Assembly (NCBI GenBank): GCA_002633005.1
Contig: NMRA01000719.1
Coordinates: 70,612-134,611 of the forward strand
Origin: Phoronis australis
Lineage: Eukaryota > Animalia > Phoronida
Direction of reading: 5' to 3'
DNA: 64,000 nt
The notes under the pieces were generated by a model. That model was not told the origin of the DNA. It was given only the letters and a program-made list of their open reading frames with translations, and made no database searches. A program made the position numbers and the translations under genes. The stretch's first letter is position 1. Each line of letters starts with the position of its first letter. Below are positions 55,166 to 64,000 of the stretch, piece by piece.

Positions 55166-55379
55166 AACAAAACTGACTTAGCTAAGACAAATCTTAAATT
55201 TTAGTATATTTTAAAATAAAAGTTGAATTTGTCTCAAAACCAAATCAAGAAAAAGATCGTAAGTTTGACTTAAGTTTATGGCCTACGTTTTGTCTTAATT
55301 TTGACCAATTTTTCAAATGTGGAAATTTCAAAGTTCGGAAGTTAAGACAAATCTTAGACTTAAGTTAAAAATAAACTTA

Positions 55380-56874
55380 CCGTATTCGCCGTATTAACCG
55401 CCCAGGGCACTTAGAAAAGTTCGTTTCAGGGGGGCGCTTATTATAACCCAAGATTCCCAATGCCGTTGAAACCCGGTCTCCGAAACGGGTGAAATCGGAA
55501 GCTAAGATTCATCGCATTTACGCTCTGTGACGTATCTGTAATCTATGAAAGACTTACTACAAAATCGTGGTACATTGCTATCAAACTTTGCTGCTAAATT
55601 ACCATCATTTTACAGAAAATTATGCTGAAATCTCAGGGCGAAAACTTGCCGACTGACTGCCTTGCAATCGTCGATATGGCGACTTGAATACTTGAATAAA
55701 AATACAGTTTCGACTCGAGCAAATTACCTGAAATCCTCCTGAAGTTTTCCAAGTAGCGCCCCTAAGATTTTTAAGTGTCGGGATTATGGCAGGTTTAAGT
55801 ACAAATCTGTGCTACATCGTGCCATCTACATGTATGATTGGCAACATGAGAAAAATGTCTGGACGAACAAACATGTTGTTGTCACGTGACGTTTGTTTTG
55901 AAGTTTGTCTGCATTGAGTAAGCGAGCGCGTGCGTGTCACCAGAGTTCATTTGCCAGAGCAGAGACCGTCTTTTGGCCAGAGCCACACAATCTAACGAGC
56001 TACCAGATGCGCATTGTACCTAAAGAAATTTGCACAAGCTTTAGGCCTAAACCAGAGTGTTTCATTCAGCACTTGCCAGTCTCGTGCTAAAAACGTTCGA
56101 CATTAGTCTCGGTAAGGTCCATATTAGTCACCGTGTGGCTGGATGCGTAGGTGACAGTTATTTTTCGGTGTAAGGGTGTTTAAGCATTCACTGGCAGTGG
56201 TCATTTTATCGGACATTTGGCTTAAAAACACCAATTATGGTTAATCATACAATTCATCTTAAAAATAACACAGCCAAACATTTTTTATAGTATTAGAAAC
56301 TATCGGAAATTAGTGCCAATCCGATCCTATGCTACCCGTTTCATGAATGGATAGTTCCCGACTAATGTCTTTGATGACAGGTTTGTGTATGTAGCGTGCG
56401 CTTCCTGGGCACGTGCTTTTAACACTGGCCAAGCTTTTTATTAGTCTTCGATTCGCGGTTTTCACATGTACAAAGAAATTTTAATTCCTGTTGTAAGCGG
56501 GAAATATTTGCGAAGCAATCTAGTAGACAAGTACACTACGTCTGTTCTGAAAAGCCAGACCACTGGTCCTCGCAGGATCAGCAAAACTTTTGTGTTCGTT
56601 TTGAGGCATGGCGGAAGTTTGAAGTGTATAGTCACGGTTAAATACCGACATAGCGGTGAGGCTCGTGGTCTACAAATTCTGCGCACAATGATTTTTTTCA
56701 GGACTGTCAGGTATTATTGATAAATTGGTGACGTTTCTGTAGAATTTTTAGGACTGTAGGTAAGTCATTTTTCGCACGTACACATTCATGGACTGGGCGC
56801 TTATTTCAGCAAAGTCTGAAAACGCGTGGGGGGGACGCTTATAGGGGCATGGGCAGTTATTACGGCGAAAACGG
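55380..56874 (+). mobile_element. 1495-bp non-autonomous Tc1/mariner (Tc2-like) element with TA TSD
   Basis: TA|CCGTATTCGCCGTATTAACCGCCC...GGGCAGTTATTACGGCGAAAACGG|TA. No transposase ORF. Confidence 0.88.
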
Positions 56875-58364
56875 TAAGTCAGTTTCTTGGAACAGGCCCC
56901 AGAGTATTATGTCACTGTCTTCAGTCGTGTTGACTGTTGTGCAACTGTCATTACATCAGTAGGTTCAGATAGACAGTGACTGACGTCTACCCAAGTCTAG
57001 CTGGCCAGTAGGCAACACGTACTCCCTCGGTTGGCCGGTTAGGGGTTAATAACAATAATTCCCATGGCTTTCTGTACAAATTTCGTCCCGTGTATTTTAA
57101 ACGGGCGCGAAGCCAAATCCGGTCACCGATTAAGAGTTTTCACCTCGTCAAAAATACATTCCACACTTAAAACTATCACTTAAAAAGCGCTTACTTTCTT
57201 CAGTGGTCATTTCTACTTCTATACATATCTTTGATGAAGCTTAGTTATGATAATTAAGGTGACTTTGGCGAAGAATTCGGCACTAGTCTGATATAATGGA
57301 CACTAACTTATTCCAAATAAATCCACTAAATGTGGGTCTAAATGAATGATTTTGGTATCTTTGCATTCCTTAGACATCTGGCTATCTGTACATATCCACT
57401 TCATGACCCTCAATTACTTCGATTTTTACCTACGCTACTCCGAACTCNTACACTACGTCTGTTCTGAAAAGCCAGACCACTGGTCCTCGCAGGATCAGCA
57501 AAACTTTTGTGTTCGTTTTGAGGCATGGCGGAAGTTTGAAGTGTATAGTCACGGTTAAATACCGACATAGCGGTGAGGCTCGTGGTCTACAAATTCTGCG
57601 CACAATGATTTTTTTCAGGACTGTCGGGTATTATTGATAAATTGGTGACATTTCTGTAGAATTTTTAGGACTGTAGGTAAGTCATTTTTCGCACGTACAC
57701 ATTCATGGACTGGGCGCTTATTTCAGCAAAGTCTGAAAACGCGTGGGGGGGACGCTTATAGGGGCATGGGCAGTTATTATGGCGAAAACGGTAAGTCAGT
57801 TTCTTGGAACAGGCCCCAGAGTATTATGTCACTGTCTTCAGTCGTGTTGACTGTTGTGCAACTGTCATTACATCAGTAGGTTCAGATAGACAGTGACTGA
57901 CGTCTACTCTAGTCTAGCTGGCCAGTAGGCAACACGTACTCCCTCGGTTGGCCGGTTAGGGGTTAATAACAATAATTCCCACGGCTTTCTGTACAAATTT
58001 CGTCCCGTGTATTTTAAACGGGCGCGAAGCCAAATCCGGTCACCGATTAAGAGTTTTCACCTCGTCAAAAATACATTCCACACTTAAAACTATCACTTAA
58101 AAAGTGCTTACTTTCTTCAGTGGTCATTTCTACTTCTATACATATCTTTGATGAAGCTTAGTTATGATAATTAAGGTGACTTTGGCGAAGAATTCGGCAC
58201 TAGTCTGATATAATGGACCCTAACTTATTCCAAATAAATCCACTAAATGTGGGTCTAAATGAATGATTTTGGTATCTTTGCATTCCTTAGACATCTGGCT
58301 ATCTGTACATATCCACTTCATGACCCTCAATTACTTCGATTTTTACCTACGCTACTCCGAACTC
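56532..58364. repeat. 916-bp tandem duplication (56532-57447 and 57449-58364) across a single n at 57448; probable haplotype overlap
   Basis: Equal-length copies with a few SNPs, and the junction is the n. Confidence 0.93.
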
Positions 58365-58719
58365 TGTCCACTTCAGTCACGCGCATAGTGAAATCGGCAG
58401 CCATTTCAGGGAACTTATTATACCTACCGCCATCTACTGGTGATCTGCTGCAACATGCGCTGTTCCCTTTTCATCAGACAACGTCATTGATCGATTTCGT
58501 TAATTATTAACGTCATCGTTATTAGTCATCGTTATGTCTGCTCTTGTCATCACCGTCGCTGTCTCTCTCACGATCTTATCAGTCATCGTCATGTTATTGT
58601 CATCCATGAGACATGTACCGAAGTCTAATTTGTCAAATGAGTGAACCTTACGGGCGTAAGATAATTCTTGTTAATGGCGTAAAGTAATTATTTGCGGCTT
58701 AAAGTAATTATTTGTGATG

Positions 58720-59401
58720 CAGTGCTGTAGTGGGGCGTAGGCGCACGTATGCACAGCCAACCACCTTTTTGTTTTTTTAACGTAGCGCCTACCCACCACC
58801 GTAAGTTACGGTATAGTGCAGCCAACCACCTTTTTACATTTTATTGTCGCAACCACGTTTTTACATTTTAACGTACCGTCTGCGCACCGTAAGGGACGGT
58901 ATAGTGGGGCGTAGTCTCGATACGATAGCTAACAGCATCAATGCGATACACAGACGGCAGCATTGTTGCCGAACATTTGGGCATGCGTCGGACCACCAGG
59001 CATACATGGATGCTCACATGGAATTTTTATTAATTTTTCAAGATATAGAAACAATTATGGTATCCCATAGGTGGATAAAGGGGGGGTGGTGAAGGGCCTC
59101 ACGGACACACCCGACGGGCGACCAAAAATCATAACCAGCATATCATTTCTGGGTGTTACGCTCATATTTTCTTATATTGTGGTTGGGCCCCTTCAGAGAC
59201 CGCTTGGATTGCACATGGACTTTTCCCTTCGAATATGTGTGCTTGGCCTTTCTTTCTCCAACATCCAAGATCCGTGAGTCAAAAAGTAGGCCTAGATGTT
59301 TGTGAGTCAGGTTTTGCGAGTTTAATGTATTTTCAAAATTCAGCGCTCATACGATGGGCTGTGGACGCCTACTTGTCTCTAATTTTACCAGTACAGCACT
59401 G
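58720..59401. mobile_element. hAT-like non-autonomous insertion inside the Merlin element
   Basis: 10-bp TIRs CAGTGCTGTA/TACAGCACTG. Removing it rejoins the host 'atg|gcgtaaagtaatt' repeat unit. Confidence 0.65.
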
Positions 59402-59852
59402 GCGTAAAGTAATTTGCAGCGTAAACCAACTTTTTATGGCGTTAAGTAATTATTTGCGGTGTTAAGTAACGTCTCTAAATAATTACTTAACGTCGCTAAC
59501 AAGAATTAACTTTCGCATGTAATTTAACGGTGAAACGTTCACCCATTTGGCGAACGAGAGACATTGGCAAAGAAATTCTTCTCCTTCAGTGTCGAAAGTC
59601 TTTGCAGTTATTCTGTGTTTGGCGCCCTGCCCTGTTCATAACCCAAACCCCAGTTGCCATTAAACTTCTGGGTACGCCACTGGCAATGATCGTTATGGAT
59701 TCTAGGTCCGAATCATCTCCGCAGGCAGATCACATGCACCCAAATTGTTCTTATCATAGACTGGTGGGGATGTGTCTGTTCAGTGTATATGCGCGTCTTA
59801 AAAAGGCAAAATATTCTTTTTATGGCCAAAGTATCTGGTTGCGAATCCAAGA

Positions 59853-60313
59853 CAGGTCGACGGTCCTGGTATCTTAGTACAAATCGACGAGTCTTTGATG
59901 GCGCGCAGAAAAAATAACGACGGCCACCCTGTACTCGAGCGGTGGGTGTTTGGGGGCTATTGCCCAGCCCAGGCTTTCGGATTTTTAGAATTTGTTCCAG
60001 ATCGTTCTGCTCAGACACTGTTGCCCATCATACAGGGTCTATCGTGCACTCAGACATGTGTGCGGCATACAATGGCATAGTGAACCTTCCGGTGAATCCT
60101 CCATATCAACACCAGACACTCAATCACAATCAGAACTTCGTCGATCCGATCACAGGTGCCCACACTAATCACGTGGAATGCTTTTGGAAGAACGCAAAAC
60201 GCAGGTTCAAGACCATGTGTGGGGCAAACGACAACAAGCTAGAAGAATATTTGGACGAATTTATGTGGCGGCAGCACTATGGAGAAAAGCAAAAGATGCC
60301 TTCAACAATGTGA
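59853..60313 (+). pseudogene. Merlin/ISXO2-like DDE transposase, frameshifted
   Basis: 'DGPGILVQIDESLMARRKNN...RWVFGG...FVPDRSAQTLLPIIQ', a frameshift near 60033, then 'GSIVHSDMCAAY...NHNQNFVDPITGAHTNHVECFWKNAKRRF...YLDEFMWR'. The D, D and E catalytic positions are recognisable. Confidence 0.93.
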
Positions 60314-63300
60314 TGTTGCACTTATCTCAGTGGCTGCTGTATCAGACGCCTTGAGCGGTACTGATTGATACCCCCCCAACGGCCCTTTTAAGGGCCACCC
60401 ATATTTTCCCAATTAGACTGTTTCACTTATCAAACTTAATAGAAATTCAAATACAGTCATGTGATCAATACATAAACCAAAAAATGATCATGGCGGTAAC
60501 CTAGACCAACCTAGACAATGACAGTGATGACACCAGTAACGTAAAGGACGAGTGACAACGACGGTGCTGGGCCATATGATGATGTTTGAGACGCTACACG
60601 ATATAGGCTTAGTAAATTAACTTGCTTTACTATTAAATTCACCCATTTGACAAACTATAGATGTCGGTACACGTCTCATGGACGACGATAACAACACATG
60701 ACGATGACAGATAAGATGGTGAGAGAGACGACGAAGGTGATGACGAGAGCAGACATAGCGATGATTAATAACGATGACGATAATAATTGACGAAATCGAC
60801 CAATGAGGTTGACTGATCAAAAAGGAACAGCGCGTGTTGTAGCAGATCGCCCAAAGATGGTGCTAGGTATAGTAAGTTCCTTGAAATGGCTGCCAATTTC
60901 ACAATGCGCGTGGCTAAAGTGGACCGAGTTCGGAATAGCGTAGTTATAATTCGAAGTAATTGAGGGTCATGAAATGGATATGTACGGATAGCCAGATGTC
61001 TAAGAAATGCAAAGACACCAAAATCATTCATTTAGACCCACATTTAGTGGATTTATGTGGAATAAGTTAGGGTCCACAGTGTTCTCCACATCTGAAAATC
61101 TGAACAGGTCGCACGCGTAAAAACGCGGCGGTCAACGTTCTCCATAAGCTAGTGTGCAGTTTTTTGTGCACCTCATTTTTACCCACGCATTTTAGTAGTA
61201 ATGCACAGTAGTGCAAACAAATAACTGTGTTTATTCAACTTTTTATTTTTAAAAGTTGGACTTATTTACAAACATATCACATATGTCATAACCCATTTGC
61301 TTAGTCAATGACTTTGAAATGGAAGTCTACAGACGTGTTTGATACAGTATGGGGAAATGTTTTAGGCTACTCAATAATTGTGATATCAATGTCAGCTAAG
61401 TACAAAAAGTCTAACACATAATTAAACTTTTCCTATGAAGTAGACAGTCCAAGTGAAATGTCTTTGTAAAGTCAGTCACATTTTTATGTCTTGATAGCAG
61501 AGTCTACGTTTTCCCTCAATCTGTAAGTGTAATGTCTTGCACAGCATTCTTATAGACTGAATTCTATGTTCTGAAGTTGGTACAACATATTGAACTTCTG
61601 CACTACCAGAACTCTTGTAAAAACTGCACAATATGCGAGTCCTCCCTTATGAATGCAAATTAGTCACAGTCAAGTGACCTAATTATCAGACGTTTTGGCA
61701 CATTTGGCATTATATATAATTGAAAGTACTACGGTTTGTTGTAAATTCTTTGCTGAAATAAAGGCTTACCTTTATAGAATTGTTCTGTTACTATATCTTG
61801 TCACCGAAGGCCACGTTTATGTTCTGACTGATCTTTAAAAAACACAACTAACAAACCTTCGGAGAACCTAAATATCGGACACCATGGTTCCCCATACGCC
61901 ACACTGCTGAAAACTAACTAACCAAGTAATGGCCGCAGGCACCTTGTAGCCAAGTTTCAGCTCGAGTGTTTTGACATATATGCTGCTAAAACACAGCTCC
62001 ATTTGCAACAAAGTCGTTTTGCTGAATCAGTGCAGACGACTAAAGCACGTGCAAACTCAGTGAAGTTTTTAGTATTTCTTTGCCTTCTTGATATGACACA
62101 CGCACGTGCGCGGCCGGGGTTTGACTAGAGTTCAAAAACAAATAAAAAAATGAACCAGTGACATATTGTCAGTTCAGTGAAATGATTTCTTTGTTAAAAA
62201 AGATTTTGTTTTCAACTTTTATAACCGATTTATGCGATCGTCCATTTTAGGCTGACTTGGGGGTCTAAATTGCACCCTCGGTAAAATCAAAACAAGGCAA
62301 CGCTAGAAAAAAACGAGACAGTGCCGGACATTAAATGCATTACAGCGGCACAAAAATTGGTGTCATTCTCAGGTTATGCTTTAAGTAAGATTTTATGAAA
62401 TGTCGGATATTTAGGGTCCGTCCGATAATTAGGTACACTTTGTGTAGGGTAAACGAAACAATTCACGTGCGTTTTCCATCTACTTGGACGGGAGTGTTAG
62501 GCCTGTTGATGACAACTAATATTTCTAAAAAGATATCAACTGAATTATCAAACGCGTGCAACTATGGAATTCCCATAATTTTCAGGATTGTCACAAACTC
62601 ATTCTTCCATATGAAAACCATCTATTCTCAAGTAAGAGCGAATTGTATTCATTTGTATTGTTGATGTCTGACATTGTCGGCAATAATTCGTCATGTGTGC
62701 ACGCAGTGTCACACTCGTTTTAATTTTCCTTGTGGTGCTCATTCGAAGACGGGAGTTTCTTTAACGGCCACCGGGGTTTTTTCGACAATATTTATGTTTG
62801 TGTCGGGGTTCGTTTCTTTGGAGCAAATGTCGAGCAGACAATCTTAGGATCTATTGACCTATTTTGCCAGCTTTTTAACTTGCCCATCGGTCACTGACTT
62901 TTCAAATTCCACTTGACCGACGCAAAATCTACATGTACACGGGCAATCGGGCAACCGTTAGTGTTGAGCCCTGTAATCCAGTCCATGAAGACGAATCTGA
63001 GACTGGTTTCCATTTTATTTCGTCATTTTGACGCAGGGCTATGGTTGATTAAACAGTTTAATATCACGCCTTTCAGTATAATTCACATTGCTGTACAATA
63101 TCTTTTATAAACTCGGACATGATAAAATGAATGAAGCAGAAAACTTAACTGTTTCTTACTTCATTAGCGAGCCCTGGCAATTCGCCATTTTAGAAAATTC
63201 ATATTGAGGTCGTTGCCTGGTCCCCGGCTGTATTAAGTTTATGTGCATTGTCGCATAACCACGAAGAGACAAGGTACGAAAGGATATTGAATGATTTTGT

Positions 63301-63402
63301 TTAACGGGGGCACAATTCAACATCCCATGGTGAAATAATTATTTTTCCCATTTGACAAACGGCGAACAGTGCCGTTTGACTTGTGCTAATTCATTATTAT
63401 TA

Positions 63403-63525
63403 GGGATCAATTTTTAGTAGCGATCATTTTTAATTGCGATTCTTTTTACTAGCAATCAGTTTACTAGAGATTATTTTACTAGCGATCATTTTTACTAGGG
63501 ATCATTTTTACTTGCGATTTTTGCA
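63403..63525. repeat. Diverged ~17-bp tandem repeat (TTTTTACTAGCGATCAT), ~7 units
   Basis: Directly visible. Confidence 0.85.
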
Positions 63526-63676
63526 TGACGGTGAAATTTTCACGGTCACGATTAGGCATGTGGCGGTCAATTTGAGTATGATTTATGAGTGATGGGGCCA
63601 AAAAGGAGCGTGGGGGGCTGCTCAGAAGTTTACACGCAGGGAAAACCCGGCCTGTTGTAGTCTGCCTTGAGCTGTA

Positions 63677-64000
63677 CCATATTCGCCGTAATAACCGCCC
63701 ATGCCCCTATAAGCGCCCCCCCCAAGCGTTTTCAGACTGCGCCCAGTCCATGAACGTGTACATGCGAACAATGACGTACCTACAGTCCTAAAACTCGGCC
63801 ACAGTAACGTCTTCATTTTATCAAAAATTTTTTGCACCGGTCTTCTAGACCACCAGCGGCACTGCTACGTTTGTATTTGGCCGTGACCATACACTTCAAA
63901 GTAACGCAGCGCTTCAAAAAGAACGCAACAGCGTTGCTACTCTCGCGACGACCGTGTCCCACTATGGTCTGACCTTTGAGTAGATATATTGACTGTCTCA
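63677..64000 (-). mobile_element. Further copy of the Tc2-like family, running off the window
   Basis: TA|CCATATTCGCCGTAATAACCGCCCATGCCCCTATAAGCG matches the reverse complement of 56830-56874. Confidence 0.85.

Larger units (their letters stand above)
55078..56899. mobile_element. PIF/Harbinger-like MITE (CAG TSD) interrupted by two younger insertions
   Basis: cag|GGGCCCGTTCCAACAAAAC[insert]TGACTTA...[insert]TAAGTCAGTTTCTTGGAACAGGCCC|cag. Confidence 0.8.
58215..61075 (+). mobile_element. Merlin (IS1595/ISXO2-related) DNA transposon with ~430-bp TIRs, decayed and composite
   Basis: TIRs at 58215-~58646 and ~60637-61075 both begin GGACCCTAACTTATTCCA, and a transposase remnant lies inside. No TSD was found. 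Confidence 0.8.

Noticed and set aside
56532-58364. 916-bp direct repeats as LTRs or a real tandem duplication
   Set aside because: The copies abut at a single n, cut through unrelated transposons and enclose nothing, which is typical of a contig overlap.
59853-60313. Bacterial IS1595 contamination or recent horizontal transfer
   Set aside because: The context is continuous eukaryotic repeat DNA, and the motifs fit the known eukaryotic Merlin lineage. Only a phylogeny could reopen this.
58259-61031. Pair of homologous small ORFs (83 aa + strand, 88 aa - strand) suggesting a duplicated gene
   Set aside because: They are the two arms of the transposon TIR, and there is no independent coding evidence.

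Overview
Eukaryotic, AT-rich, repeat-dense draft genomic sequence. It is most consistent with an invertebrate animal, but the species cannot be told from the sequence. The only intact protein-coding gene I can support is a class A GPCR with an intron-free coding region (42440-43477, +) and adenosine-receptor-like TM6/TM7 residues. The rest is a layered transposon landscape: a Merlin/IS1595-type transposase pseudogene between ~430-bp inverted repeats, a hAT transposase remnant, a DIRS/Ngaro-type tyrosine recombinase remnant, a CR1/L2-group LINE 3' fragment, possible Gypsy remnants, many MITEs (several with verifiable target-site duplications (TSDs) and nested insertions), Helentron-like elements and minisatellites. 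Three duplications centred on a single 'n' and a 325-n gap are probably assembly or haplotype artefacts. I found no CRISPR array, RNA gene or prokaryotic system, and nothing I can call a new biological system. Alignments and identities were judged by eye, not computed.
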